This document shows, in pieces, positions 1-9,602 of a DNA stretch of 64,000 bases. The notes under the pieces were generated by a model that saw nothing but the letters and a program-made list of their open reading frames with translations, was not told the DNA's origin and searched no databases. Position numbers and translations under genes: made by a program. How positions within the stretch are numbered: position 1 is the stretch's first letter; every line of letters begins with the position of its first letter. This DNA comes from Anaerolineae bacterium. GTDB taxonomy: Bacteria > Chloroflexota > Anaerolineae > JAFGEY01. The DNA is taken from positions 1,399 through 65,398 of the forward strand of contig JADHXD010000005.1 of NCBI GenBank assembly GCA_016783145.1, read 5' to 3'.

Positions 1-129
1 GATCTCCGCGCTGAGGCGCGGAAGAAACGTGATTGGGCCACGTCGGACACCATCCGCGATCGGCTTGCCGAGATCGGCGTGGCGCTGGAAGACCGTCCTG
101 AGGGGACAACCTGGAGACTGGACAAGTAA
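1..129 (+). CDS. cysS: cysteinyl-tRNA synthetase, C-terminal end only (gene starts upstream of the window)
   Basis: Frame 1 reads [42 protein letters not shown]. The KxDWxxxDxIRDxLxxxGxxLEDxxxGTxW tail is typical of CysRS C-termini. A strong hairpin follows. Confidence 0.6.
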   Translation, partial: DLRAEARKKRDWATSDTIRDRLAEIGVALEDRPEGTTWRLDK

Positions 130-134
130 GCCAA

Positions 135-170
135 GGTGCCCAGGCGCTGTGTTGACAACGCCTGGGCACC
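135..170 (+). terminator. stem-loop downstream of cysS
   Basis: Perfect 12-bp stem GGTGCCCAGGCG / CGCCTGGGCACC with a 12-nt loop. No U-tract, so the terminator function is only inferred from position. Confidence 0.4.
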
Positions 171-326
171 GCTTGACCTGGCTAAACCGGCTTCAAAGCC
201 TCTGCTTTGTGTGTGCGTGCCACGAGTGAGATAGCTGTCGACCCGACAAGCCTCGCGGTACGCAGTCCCGGACTGCAGGAATACGCTTGCCGTGGCCCTG
301 CACCTGACGCGGCAACGCGCCGCCGC

Positions 327-626
327 TCAATCGGGCAGGTTGACCTGTTCCATGCCCATGACAAAGACGACGGCTCCCTCCTGGTGTTTCCCCGGCCTGG
401 CCCACCATCCCCCACGGGAGCGGCGATGGGTATTCTCGCGAATGATGGTCATGACCTGCTCGACCTGTTCTTCATTCACGCCGATCATCAGCGTTACCTT
501 GCCTTGCCGCAGAAATCCGCCTGTCGTGGATGCCTGGGTCACGTAGAAACCTGATGCGTTCAGTACCTTGACCAGGTCTTGGGCGTCTTCGGGATGGACA
601 ACGCACATCACCATTTTGCCGGCCAT
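327..626 (-). CDS. darA: PII-like cyclic-di-AMP receptor (DarA/YaaQ, DUF970 family)
   Basis: The 99-aa ORF contains VTQASTTGGFLRQGKVTLMIGV and a C-terminal GAVVFVMGMEQV. It is colinear with remembered B. subtilis YaaQ/DarA ([22 protein letters not shown] ... GATVFVLPVDEF). Confidence 0.7.
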   Translation of the reverse strand: MAGKMVMCVVHPEDAQDLVKVLNASGFYVTQASTTGGFLRQGKVTLMIGVNEEQVEQVMTIIRENTHRRSRGGWWARPGKHQEGAVVFVMGMEQVNLPD

Positions 627-696
627 CTAGTACCCCCTTTGCGTGTTAGAGTCCATTGCGCACATTATATCAGAACCGCCCCTCTGTGTCAACGGG

Positions 697-1968
697 TCAG
701 ACAGGATAGTGACCAAACTCATGCAAGGCCTCAAACATCGCCATCAAGTTCTCGATTGGGGTCCCTGGCTGAACGTTGTGGATGGGATTGAACACGAACC
801 CTCCTCCCGGGCCAAAGGCCCTGATGCGCTCGCGGACCTGGTGGCGCACCTGCTCTGGCGTCCCAAAAGGGAGCGTGTGCTGCGTGTCGACCCCACCTCC
901 CCAAAAGACGATCCGATCGCCAAACCTGCGCTCGAGTTCGGCGGGCTCCATACCGGCTGCTGAGCACTGCACTGGGTTCAGAATGTCAAACCCGGCCTCG
1001 ATAAAGTCCTTTAGCAAAGAGGCGACTGAGCCGCACGAGTGCATGAACGTCTTCCAGCCAGTATGCTGGTGTATCCAGTCGTTCAGCCGCCTGTGAAAGG
1101 GCTGGTACAGCTCTCGATACGTCTGAGGTGATAGGAATGGACCGGTCTGCATCCCAAAGTCCGTGCCGGTCAGGTAGACCGCCGATACGCGATCGCCGAC
1201 GGACCGGTAGATCCGCTCCAGGTTCGCCAGGGCGATCTCGGATTGGCGCTCAAAGACCTGATAGATGTACTCGCGGCGGGTGACCGTGCTCATATACCAC
1301 TCGGCTACGTCGCGGATGCCCTTTGGCCGCCTGAGCCAGGGCGCGGGCACCGCCGCGATGTCGCCAAAAGCCGTCCCGCTGAACTTGGCGAGAATGGCCC
1401 TGTCCGTCTGTGTGTGGAGCCGCTCAGCTTCCTGCCCCAAGGCTGCCAGTTCCCCGTCCGACAGCAGCCCGAACTCCTCCAGGTTATCCTCTACGTTGAG
1501 GTGCTCGTCGTCGATCGGCTCCTGGCGGATGATGGCGTCAAAGTACCACCCGTCCCTTGGCATGCGGCCACTTGGAGGAAGGGTTTTCTCTCCCTCGGGA
1601 TACTGTAACAGATCGCCATTGGGCTCGGGATCGGTGTTGAATCCCCCGGGGACCAGGACGGGCGTGCCGTCGAACGTGGTCCAGGGCTTCCAGTCCTCTG
1701 CCCGGTACCCAAACATCGTATTCGTGCCTGCCAGGCGCACCACATCGATCCCCAGGGCTTCGACCAGGTCCAGCTTGACCTCGCCCAGCATCAGGTAAGG
1801 CCGTATCACCTTGACCGGGGTGCCAGGCGCATCCAGGCCGAGCGCCTGGCGCAGGCCGTATACCACGCTTACGTGCATCCCGGTCACGCTGCTTCCGCCC
1901 AGATCGAGCGGGATATGGTCTGGCTCTTGGTGGTTCAAGGACTTGGTCACACGCTCTCGTGAGTTCAT
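697..1968 (-). CDS. uroporphyrinogen decarboxylase (URO-D) family protein, MtaA/CmuA-like methyltransferase type
   Basis: Start moved to the internal ATG (MNSRERVTKSLNHQEPDHIPLDLGG), which is preceded by AGGAG. HSCGSVASLLKDFIEAGFDILNPVQ and the overall length fit the URO-D fold family. Confidence 0.65.
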   Translation of the reverse strand: MNSRERVTKSLNHQEPDHIPLDLGGSSVTGMHVSVVYGLRQALGLDAPGTPVKVIRPYLMLGEVKLDLVEALGIDVVRLAGTNTMFGYRAEDWKPWTTFDGTPVLVPGGFNTDPEPNGDLLQYPEGEKTLPPSGRMPRDGWYFDAIIRQEPIDDEHLNVEDNLEEFGLLSDGELAALGQEAERLHTQTDRAILAKFSGTAFGDIAAVPAPWLRRPKGIRDVAEWYMSTVTRREYIYQVFERQSEIALANLERIYRSVGDRVSAVYLTGTDFGMQTGPFLSPQTYRELYQPFHRRLNDWIHQHTGWKTFMHSCGSVASLLKDFIEAGFDILNPVQCSAAGMEPAELERRFGDRIVFWGGGVDTQHTLPFGTPEQVRHQVRERIRAFGPGGGFVFNPIHNVQPGTPIENLMAMFEALHEFGHYPV

Positions 1969-2011
1969 GATACCTGCTTTCTCCTGTTTGATCGGAGACC
2001 TGGTCTCGGCC

Positions 2012-3022
2012 TCACTTTGATTCCAGCAGTCGCTCTTCATAGATACGGCGCACGGTCTCCTCGATCTCGGGCTCGCGCACCTGCAGGTCGCGGATCGAGT
2101 AACGGGCCGACAATCGGCCGATCAGTTCCGAGGCACTGATCTCTTTGCGGTCAAAGCGATAGGTCACGCGTGCTCCTTCCTGGGCCACGACCTGTGCACC
2201 ATCTATGCCAACATAGTCGGGTTCTGCTGCCAGGTCTACCACCAGCTCGCGCTTTCCCCCGAACCGGTCGCGCAGAGCTTCCAGCTCTCCATCAAAGAGC
2301 AGCTTCCCGCGATCGATGATCATCACCCGCTCGCACAGTTTCTCCACGTCCGAGAGGTCGTGAGTGGTCAAGATCACGGTCGTGCCGCGCTCTCGGTTGA
2401 TGTGGGTGATGAACTGCCGGATGCGTTCCTTGGCGACTACGTCCAGCCCGATCGTCGGCTCGTCCAAGAAGAGCAGTACCGGGTCGTGGATCAGTGCGGC
2501 GCAGATGTCCGCTCGCATCCGTTGGCCCAGTGACAAGGAGCGCACAGGAGTGTCCAGGAAGGGATCCAGATCGATGAGCGATCTGAACTCGTCCAGGTTC
2601 TGGCGAAAGCGATCGGGCGGGATGTGGTAGATGTGCCTGAGCAAGTAGAGCGATTCGATCACCGGCAGATCCCACCAAAGCGCCGTGCGCTGACCGAACA
2701 CCGCAGCAATGGCGGCGACGTGCTTGCGTCGCTCCCTCCAGGGCACGCGACCGTTGACCCACAGCTCACCTCCCGAAGGCACCAGCAGTCCGGCCATCAT
2801 CTTGATGGTCGTCGACTTGCCTGCACCGTTCGGGCCGAGATAGCCCACCAGTTCGCCCGGCTGCACCTCAAAGCTGACGCCATCCACGGCTCGCACCAGG
2901 CTGTACTCGTGCGTGAGCAGGTTGCGCAGTGCGCTCCAGGGACCTCGGTGGTGCCGGGACACCCTGAAATGCTTTGCCAGGTTTGAGACGGTGATGATCG
3001 ACTCTGTGCCGTGTGTGGCCAT
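2012..3022 (-). CDS. ABC transporter ATP-binding protein (ABC-2 type system)
   Basis: Walker A GPNGAGKST, signature LSLGQRMR, Walker B LLFLDEPTIGLD. Start taken at MATHGTESIITVSNL; the upstream part of the 461-aa ORF overlaps the permease gene and looks non-protein-like. Confidence 0.85.
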   Translation of the reverse strand: MATHGTESIITVSNLAKHFRVSRHHRGPWSALRNLLTHEYSLVRAVDGVSFEVQPGELVGYLGPNGAGKSTTIKMMAGLLVPSGGELWVNGRVPWRERRKHVAAIAAVFGQRTALWWDLPVIESLYLLRHIYHIPPDRFRQNLDEFRSLIDLDPFLDTPVRSLSLGQRMRADICAALIHDPVLLFLDEPTIGLDVVAKERIRQFITHINRERGTTVILTTHDLSDVEKLCERVMIIDRGKLLFDGELEALRDRFGGKRELVVDLAAEPDYVGIDGAQVVAQEGARVTYRFDRKEISASELIGRLSARYSIRDLQVREPEIEETVRRIYEERLLESK

Positions 3023-3060
3023 TTCGTGTCCTATAATCCGAACGGGCCCTGGGACGCGCT

Positions 3061-3870
3061 CTATGTCCCTGTACTCGTGTAGTGACGAACACCATATCGC
3101 CAGAACGCCAGCGCGGCGGTCAGCGTGCCCAGCCCCACCACTGGGGACAGAAAAGGGGCAAAGAATGGCATGTGCAGCGGGTCTGGCTTGTCCAAGATGT
3201 ACAGGGCTGGGTAGTAGTTCATAAAGATCGCGGGCACGATGTAGGTAAAGAACCTGCGCAGCGACGGGTGGTAAATGTGCATCGGGTAGGACATCATTTC
3301 GCTGCCGCCGTAGGTAAAGATGTTGATCGCCTCTACCCGTTGGACGGTCCAGAAGGTGGTCGTAGAGCCGATGATGAACAGACCGCCAAAGAAGCAAACC
3401 AGGCTGACAAAGATAACCGGCGTGTACGCGATCTTGAGCGCCGTCCAGCGGACGTCGATCAGGGCCAGGGCGATCCCAAACACGGCGAATCCCTGGGCGA
3501 TCCGGCTCAAGCGGCGAAGGGCGAATTGAGACCCCAGGACCTGGAGGGTGATTTCGATCGGGCGAAGGAGGAATTGGTCAAAGCCGCCGCGTCGCACCAA
3601 CGGTCCAAAGGTATCCGGGTCAAAGCCGCCAAAGAGCATGTCCATTGTGCCAAAGGCTGCCTCCACCATGCCATATAGAAACGCGATCTCGCCCAATGTC
3701 CATCCCGAGATGTCCTCGAAGCGCTGCAAGATGAGGGCCAACGTTATGAAAGCCATCGTCGTTGAGACAGCGACCGACACCAGGTCCAGCAAGAACGAGA
3801 CGCGGTATTCAAGCTGGGATCGGATCTGGACGGCGATCAGCCGGCGGTAGGTGTCTATCGCAGACCACAT
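3061..3870 (-). CDS. ABC-2 family transporter permease (DUF990-like)
   Basis: 269-aa polytopic hydrophobic protein immediately upstream of the ATPase in the same operon. The N-terminal YRRLIAVQIRSQLEYRVSF is typical of this permease family. Confidence 0.65.
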   Translation of the reverse strand: MWSAIDTYRRLIAVQIRSQLEYRVSFLLDLVSVAVSTTMAFITLALILQRFEDISGWTLGEIAFLYGMVEAAFGTMDMLFGGFDPDTFGPLVRRGGFDQFLLRPIEITLQVLGSQFALRRLSRIAQGFAVFGIALALIDVRWTALKIAYTPVIFVSLVCFFGGLFIIGSTTTFWTVQRVEAINIFTYGGSEMMSYPMHIYHPSLRRFFTYIVPAIFMNYYPALYILDKPDPLHMPFFAPFLSPVVGLGTLTAALAFWRYGVRHYTSTGT

Positions 3871-3871
3871 C

Positions 3872-4678
3872 TCAGCCCCCCTGGATGACCAGGCGGCGCA
3901 CGCCGGCTCGCAAGACGAGTTGGCAGGCGCCGATGAGCAGGGCGACCCACAGCAACTGCACGGCGAGCGCGCGAACGATCTCGGAACCAGTCAGTATGCC
4001 CAGGTAGACCTCCACGACCGTGTTCACGATGGACGGGAAAGGCGTCAGGTTGCACAATCTGACAAACCAGCCGGGGAAGAATCTCAACGGCATCAAGAAA
4101 CCTGACAGAAACCAGGACAGACTGTAGCCGAATCGCCCTACGCCACGCGCGTTGGGGGTCCAGAAGGCAGCGAGGTTGATCAGAAAGCGCCATGAGAAGC
4201 TGATCAGCAGGCTCAGCAGCAGCGTGATGATCAGCGCGAGCCACTGGCCTCCGCCCCGTGGCAGCGTGAGGCCAAAGATGAGGGCATAGCCAGTCATCAC
4301 CGTCAGTCCTCGCACCAGCAGGCTGGCGGCAGCGCGCCCGAGGTCTTGGGCGAGCCAGAAGGTATAGTAGCCCATCGGCCTGAGCAGGTCGGATGAGACG
4401 TCGCCGCTGTAGACCGAGTCCATGACCTCCCACCAGCCAAACAGGCTCAGAAAGGCGATCAGGCCTTGGGTCAGACCCGTGTAGGTGATGGCAGCGGGGA
4501 GCGGCATGCCCACCACCTCCTGCCGCGTACCATAGAGGGCAATCAGCACAGACGCCCGCAGCAAACCGAAAAAGAAATTGGTCGCCAATCCAGCCAGGTT
4601 GGCGGCGCGATAGGTAACTGGACTCTGGCGTTTTTTGACCCACCACAAGATGTTGAAATCGCTGACTGTCGAAATCAA
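3872..4678 (-). CDS. ABC-2 family transporter permease (second subunit)
   Basis: Polytopic membrane protein whose stop lies 1 nt before the next gene start. The conserved part begins near ILWWVKKRQSPVTYRAANLAGLATNFFFG. The start is uncertain; I chose TTG at 4678, while the longest ORF reaches 4855. Confidence 0.55.
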   Translation of the reverse strand: MISTVSDFNILWWVKKRQSPVTYRAANLAGLATNFFFGLLRASVLIALYGTRQEVVGMPLPAAITYTGLTQGLIAFLSLFGWWEVMDSVYSGDVSSDLLRPMGYYTFWLAQDLGRAAASLLVRGLTVMTGYALIFGLTLPRGGGQWLALIITLLLSLLISFSWRFLINLAAFWTPNARGVGRFGYSLSWFLSGFLMPLRFFPGWFVRLCNLTPFPSIVNTVVEVYLGILTGSEIVRALAVQLLWVALLIGACQLVLRAGVRRLVIQGG

Positions 4679-4916
4679 CCCCTTGGGGTCCTGTAGAGGC
4701 GAAGGAGCGCAAAACGGCCTCAAAAACCCGTTTTCGCCAGAGTCCAGTAGGTAAGCTGGCGTCGGAAAGAGAGCTTGACCAGTTCCCAGAACAGGCGCAT
4801 AGCAGGCTATACCGTGGGATCTCGTGGTGGGATAAGTTACCGAGTCTACCACCATTGGCGGAGGATGTCAATCGGTTGCATCCGCTATTGCTGCTCGCTG
4901 AGGGACAGCGTGAGCT

Positions 4917-4945
4917 TGTGGAATGGCTTCTGCTGTCGTATAATA
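4917..4945 (+). promoter_or_regulatory. sigma70-type promoter candidate
   Basis: TTGTGG - 17 nt - TATAAT, about 120 nt upstream of the 5066 CDS. Confidence 0.4.
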
Positions 4946-5065
4946 CCTGGCATCCGCGTGGTCTGTGGCACGTACAGCTGCCCTACCGGGGAGAGGAACG
5001 ACGCAGTTACGCACTGAGAAGAAAGAGCGCACAGGTTGAGGCACGAATCGCGACGTTTCACCCAT

Positions 5066-5734
5066 ATGGGCATCAACTATGTCCTCATGCCGCCGCTCCA
5101 GGTGGGCAAGGAGGCCGGTCACAATTTCTACGGCTCACTGCTCTCCGCGGGGATCGACTTTACCAGCTTTGCACCCCAGCAGAACCGGATCAAGATCGAG
5201 CGCAAGCCGTCGTTCCCACTGGAAATCCTGGTGGTGGGCCGAGCCTCCGCAGCGAAACCGTTTGGACAGCTATTGGTCATCGCTCCCGAACCCAACCGGC
5301 CTTTGGAGAACTTTGCTTCGGAAGTGCAGGCCATCCTGGACGCGTTTCAGGAGACGTGGCCGGCACAAAACAGGCAGATCATCTCCTGCGATGTGTCCCT
5401 ACGCTGTCTGTATCCATCGACCAGCAGGCATGCCTTTGCGGAAATCTGGGAGGAACGGCTTGGCCAGTCACCTGGTCCGCTTCAGAAGCTGGGACGCCAG
5501 GTTCTGGGAGGCGGCTTGAGGTTTGTACTGTCCCCTCAGCCAGGCGACCCAGAGCCGACTCGGGTCGAGGTCAAGATCGAGTCCTATCTACAGGACACCA
5601 AGATGGTCTTTGTGGAGACCCAATTCATCTGGCCCGAGCCCAGGCCCCCTGGCTCAGCGTTTGACCCGGTTGGGAAGCTACAGCGAGCAGATCAGTACCT
5701 TTTGAACGAGGTGCAGGCCTTTATGGCTGGTTGA
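5066..5734 (+). CDS. hypothetical protein
   Basis: Protein-like composition and high GC3. Start chosen at MGINYVLMPPLQ. No motif recognised. Confidence 0.5.
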   Translation: MGINYVLMPPLQVGKEAGHNFYGSLLSAGIDFTSFAPQQNRIKIERKPSFPLEILVVGRASAAKPFGQLLVIAPEPNRPLENFASEVQAILDAFQETWPAQNRQIISCDVSLRCLYPSTSRHAFAEIWEERLGQSPGPLQKLGRQVLGGGLRFVLSPQPGDPEPTRVEVKIESYLQDTKMVFVETQFIWPEPRPPGSAFDPVGKLQRADQYLLNEVQAFMAG

Positions 5735-5749
5735 CCAGAGATCCCTGTC

Positions 5750-5778
5750 TTGCGCACGGTACGGGTTTCTGCTATAAT
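5750..5778 (+). promoter_or_regulatory. sigma70-type promoter candidate
   Basis: TTGCGC - 17 nt - TATAAT, about 100 nt upstream of the peptidase gene. Confidence 0.45.
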
Positions 5779-5881
5779 GGCCTGAGGTATTGGTGATACA
5801 GAGTGGTAGTGTATCGAGTTCTGCGTACTGCGCGGCGTCTCCTGGTGACGGCGATGCAGGCGCGGTCAAGGGGATTGCGGG

Positions 5882-7276
5882 ATGAAATACGGATGGATGC
5901 AGGTACGGGTCTGCGCTTGGACGGCGATCGCGGTGCTCTTTGTCCTCGGATTGGCTCTGCCCGCCCGTGCGCAGGGTCCGATCACAGTGGTTCAGGATGA
6001 ACACGAACACGTTTTCAGGGAGTCAATGACCTTTCGCCTGTCAGCCCGGAGCGACGCCAAGATCACGTCGATCCGGCTGTTCTATCGGGTTTCAGGGCAG
6101 ACCTCGGCGAATAGAGTGGAACTCTCGTTCGATCCGGCGACCAGCGTGCAGGTCGAGCACGTCGAGGATATGGCGGACGAGGAGAATTACCGGCCGCCCA
6201 TGATCACGTTCACCTACTGGTGGGTGGTCGAAGACGAGAGCAACAACCGCCTAAAGACGGATGCCACCTCCTTTGTCTATGAGGATACATCGTACTCCTG
6301 GGAGGTCCTTGAGGGTGAGTATGTCCGTCTGTACTGGCACGACCAAAACCAGGGATTCGGGCAAGAGTACTTTGACCTGGCGGTCAGAGCGGCCTCCGAC
6401 CTGAGCGAAGAGTTCGCTGTAGCGCCCAAGGAACCAGTGTCCATCGTGATCTATAACTCTCACGAGGAACTGATGTCGGTGCTGGTGGAGTCCAGCGCGG
6501 AGTGGACGGGAGCGGTCAACTTCTCAGGCCAGAACGTCATCGTCATCGGCCTGGGCTCGAGCTCGTGGATGGACACCGTGATCCCCCACGAGCTGACACA
6601 CGCCGTGCTGGATCAGTTCGTCAAGCCGCCCTTTGGCGAGATCCCGCGCTGGCTGCACGAGGGTCTCGCTCTCCGCAGTGAGGGGGGCATGGGGTTCGAA
6701 GAGCGGATCGAACTGGATGAGGCGATCGACAGTAACACGCTGATCTCGCTCCGAGTTCTGAACAGCGTCTTCGCCGACCAGCGGGATAAGGCGATCCTGT
6801 CCTACGCCGAGAGCTTTAGCCTGGTGGACTTTATCATAGCGGAGCATGGCACGGGAAGCCTCGGCGAGCTGATCGCTGTGTTCGCCGAAGGGGCGCATTA
6901 CGATGATGCCGTGATGCAGGTCTTTGGTGTGGATATGGACGGCATGGAAGACCAATGGCGCGAGCACATTGGCGCGCCACCCAGAACCGGAGTGACGCGC
7001 GCCACGCCCGCGCCCGCTGTGACCTCCACTCCGACCTCCGCTCCGCCACGGGATGCCGAGGGCACGGCCACCGCGACCCCTGAGCCAGCGGCCACGGCGA
7101 CGGCGGGTGCGGCTCTGCTGGTCCCCACAGCGACCGCCTCGCCCACGATGCCAAGCCCGCCGGCGCCCACCACGACACCGCCTCCTCCTCCTCGATCCAT
7201 CGTGCCCTGCCTGGGTGCGGTACCGGCCCTGGGGCTGTTGGCGCTCTATCTGGTTCTGCGACCTCGTCCGGCATAG
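5882..7276 (+). CDS. secreted/membrane-tethered zinc metallopeptidase, peptidase MA (MA_2-like) family, with Pro/Thr-rich stalk and C-terminal TM helix
   Basis: N-terminal signal-like segment. HExxH motif (VIPHELTHAV) followed by WLHEGLALRSE. The C-terminal 100 aa are TPAP-rich and end in the hydrophobic GAVPALGLLALYLVLRPRPA. Confidence 0.6.
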   Translation: MKYGWMQVRVCAWTAIAVLFVLGLALPARAQGPITVVQDEHEHVFRESMTFRLSARSDAKITSIRLFYRVSGQTSANRVELSFDPATSVQVEHVEDMADEENYRPPMITFTYWWVVEDESNNRLKTDATSFVYEDTSYSWEVLEGEYVRLYWHDQNQGFGQEYFDLAVRAASDLSEEFAVAPKEPVSIVIYNSHEELMSVLVESSAEWTGAVNFSGQNVIVIGLGSSSWMDTVIPHELTHAVLDQFVKPPFGEIPRWLHEGLALRSEGGMGFEERIELDEAIDSNTLISLRVLNSVFADQRDKAILSYAESFSLVDFIIAEHGTGSLGELIAVFAEGAHYDDAVMQVFGVDMDGMEDQWREHIGAPPRTGVTRATPAPAVTSTPTSAPPRDAEGTATATPEPAATATAGAALLVPTATASPTMPSPPAPTTTPPPPPRSIVPCLGAVPALGLLALYLVLRPRPA

Positions 7277-7297
7277 TGCGGACGAACGCGCCATCGA

Positions 7298-7326
7298 TTG
7301 AGCAACGCGGGCGTTTATGGTATAAT
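7298..7326 (+). promoter_or_regulatory. sigma70-type promoter candidate (extended -10)
   Basis: TTGAGC - 17 nt - TATAAT, with TGG immediately 5' of the -10. Lies upstream of the Roadblock operon. Confidence 0.45.
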
Positions 7327-7465
7327 ACAGGTATGATGACATAACTTGACAGGCCATCCTGCCTGCAGCAAGCTCAAGCAGCGTGCCGTCAAGCTTCAGT
7401 CGTGGGTGGAGCGGCGGCAGGGGCGGCCAGTCGACGTTTTGCCGAGACAGCAAAGGAGCACCAAC

Positions 7466-7843
7466 ATGACGGTTTCACGGACCGAACGGATGATAGGTCA
7501 ACTGCGTGATCTGCAGATCAGCACGCCCGATATCGAGGCGTCTGCGGTGGTCAGCGTGGACGGCTTGATCATGGCCTCTGCACTGCCCACAGGGATCGAG
7601 GAGGACCGTGTCTCCGCTATGTCGGCTGCGATGCACAGCCTGGGAGAGCGCATCGCTGGCGAGCTGGGCCGCGGCTACCTGGAGCAGGTGTACATCCGGG
7701 GAGAGAATGGTTTTGTCATCCTGATGGCGGTCGGAGAGGGAGAGGAAGCCGTTCTGACTGTTCTGGCGCGCAAAGAAGCCAAGTTGGGGTTGGTGTTCCT
7801 GGATATGCGCAGGTGTGTGGAAGCGCTTGACAAAATCGTCTGA
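7466..7843 (+). CDS. Roadblock/LC7 (MglB-like) domain protein
   Basis: ATG preceded by AAGGAG. ISTPDIEASAVVSVDGLIMASALP ... GFVILMAVGEGEEAVLTVLARKEAKLGLVFLDM follows the Roadblock/LC7 pattern. Confidence 0.7.
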   Translation: MTVSRTERMIGQLRDLQISTPDIEASAVVSVDGLIMASALPTGIEEDRVSAMSAAMHSLGERIAGELGRGYLEQVYIRGENGFVILMAVGEGEEAVLTVLARKEAKLGLVFLDMRRCVEALDKIV

Positions 7844-7956
7844 TGTGGCCCAGACCACTTTGATGATGGAGCCAAAACGCTGCACGGGCGAGCGGTCGCT
7901 CTCCAGGTGATCGAGGCTCAGAGTGTCACGGTGCTCCATCCGAGGAGGGTTCGAAC

Positions 7957-8586
7957 ATGGAGAGAGAGTTAAGCGGGTTGTACTATCCAAACAAGATCGC
8001 GAGAATCTACCTCGAGGTCCTGGAAGACATCATGGGGAAGAACGGGCTCAACTCGGTCTTGAACAAGGCTGGACTTCAGAGGTTGATCGACAACTACCCG
8101 CCAGACAATCTGAGAAAAGAGTTCGACTTTGTCGAGTTCTCAACGCTGAATCAGGCGCTGGATGATACCTACGGGCCACGGGGCGGGCGCGTCTTTGCGC
8201 TGCGAGGTGGCAAGGCGTCCGTGCAGGCCGGCCTGGAAGCGTTTGGCGCGGCAGTAGGGATTGGCGGACTGGCCATGAAGATACTTCCTCTGTCTGCCAA
8301 GCTCAAGGTAGGTTTGGCCGGTATGGCAAGGATCTTTACCACGTTCAGCGATCAGAGCAGTAGGGTGGAGGAGAGAGAAGATCGCTTCGTCTACACCATT
8401 GAGAAATGCCCGGTTTGCTGGGGACGAGAAGCAGACCGGCCTATCTGTCACGGTGCAGCGGGCTTGCTCCAGGGGGGGCTGCATTGGGTCAGCGGCGGCA
8501 AGGATTTCAGGGTCATACAGACCCATTGTCACGCGATGGGCCATGAAGACTGCCGGTTTGACGTATATAGAGAGCCGCTCAACTAA
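7957..8586 (+). CDS. V4R (4-vinyl reductase) domain protein
   Basis: The C-terminal YTIEKCPVCWGREADRPICHGAAGLLQGGLHW with a later HCH..H..C is the Cys-containing V4R signature. SD GAGGAGG lies upstream of the ATG. Confidence 0.6.
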   Translation: MERELSGLYYPNKIARIYLEVLEDIMGKNGLNSVLNKAGLQRLIDNYPPDNLRKEFDFVEFSTLNQALDDTYGPRGGRVFALRGGKASVQAGLEAFGAAVGIGGLAMKILPLSAKLKVGLAGMARIFTTFSDQSSRVEEREDRFVYTIEKCPVCWGREADRPICHGAAGLLQGGLHWVSGGKDFRVIQTHCHAMGHEDCRFDVYREPLN

Positions 8587-8698
8587 TACCCTGCGTGGCT
8601 GCTCCGCGAGGAGGCCCGGGCTTGGAGCGTGCGTACGGCCCGGGCGCCCAGTTGCTCTTGGAGAAAGCTCTATCCTGAAAGACCTTGTGGGAGTGAGG

Positions 8699-9577
8699 AT
8701 GGCAGGACAAAGAAAGCTCCTGATCGTCGAGGACGATCCGCAAACGGCCGAAATGCTGTGTACGTACTTTACGTCGCAGGGGTATCAGGTTTCGACGGTG
8801 GCCTGGGGACGTGATGCGATTGAGTTCTGCCAACACACGGTGCCCGATCTCATCATCGAGGACATTCGTCTGCCGGACATGGACGGCTATGGCGTTGTTC
8901 TCGAGCTGCGCAAGAACCTGCGCACCAGCCACGTGCCGATCGTGTTTCTCACCGAGCTCAAGGACCGCAAGGCCCGGATCGAGGGCCTGAGGCTAGGGGC
9001 AGTGGACTATATTACCAAGCCCTTTGATATGGAAGAGCTGCACTTGCGCGTGCAGAACACGCTCCGGCGCGCTGTCTACCTGAGCCTGGTCGACCCGGTG
9101 ACTGGATTGCCTGGACGACAGATTGTCTGGGAACGGCTCCAACGACTGGTCGGCGAAACCGACTGGGCTGTGCTGTACCTCACCCTGGAGGGACTGGACG
9201 CGTTTGGCGAGGTCTATGGCTTTGTGGCCGGGGATGATGTGCTCCGGGCGATGGGTGTGATTGTCAGCGATGTCGTGGACGAGGTTGGCGGTTCGGATGG
9301 CTTTGTAGGCCACGCGAGCAAAGCCGAGCTGTTGGTGGTGACCGACGAAAGCAAAGCACAGCGGATGCGGGATGAGCTTGTCTCCCGGCTGTCCGCTGTC
9401 TTTGATCACTTTTACCCGATCAAAGACCTCGAGTCCGGACGGGTGAGTGCTCCTATGCGGACTGCGGTAGGGCTCGCCGTCGCATCGTCGGGATCATTTG
9501 ATACCCCAGATGCGATCGTTGATGCGGCCTTTGAGGCCCGCCAGGCAGTTGTCGCTGGCCCGGGTGCACGGCTCTGA
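8699..9577 (+). CDS. response regulator: REC domain plus degenerate GGDEF domain
   Basis: KLLIVEDDP ... DLIIEDIRLPDMDG ... AVDYITKPF form the receiver domain. DAFGEVYGFVAGDDVL resembles the GGDEF-domain core, but the GGDEF position reads GHASKAE. Start set at MAGQRKLL; the upstream part of the ORF overlaps the V4R gene. Confidence 0.8.
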   Translation: MAGQRKLLIVEDDPQTAEMLCTYFTSQGYQVSTVAWGRDAIEFCQHTVPDLIIEDIRLPDMDGYGVVLELRKNLRTSHVPIVFLTELKDRKARIEGLRLGAVDYITKPFDMEELHLRVQNTLRRAVYLSLVDPVTGLPGRQIVWERLQRLVGETDWAVLYLTLEGLDAFGEVYGFVAGDDVLRAMGVIVSDVVDEVGGSDGFVGHASKAELLVVTDESKAQRMRDELVSRLSAVFDHFYPIKDLESGRVSAPMRTAVGLAVASSGSFDTPDAIVDAAFEARQAVVAGPGARL

Positions 9578-9602
9578 AGACGCTTTCCTTTGACCGGGGG
9601 TA

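Noticed and set aside
3023-3397. 125-codon upstream extension of the ABC ATPase ORF
   Set aside because: It overlaps the permease gene. The conserved ATPase N-terminus begins at MATHGTESIITVSNL.
4855-5664. 269-aa plus-strand ORF overlapping the 5066-5734 CDS in another frame
   Set aside because: Its composition is Arg/Gly/Pro-rich. The alternative frame (5066-5734) has balanced composition and follows a promoter candidate.
8399-8698. N-terminal 100-codon extension of the response regulator ORF
   Set aside because: It overlaps the V4R gene in another frame and is Arg/Gly-rich. The REC domain starts right after the internal ATG at 8699.
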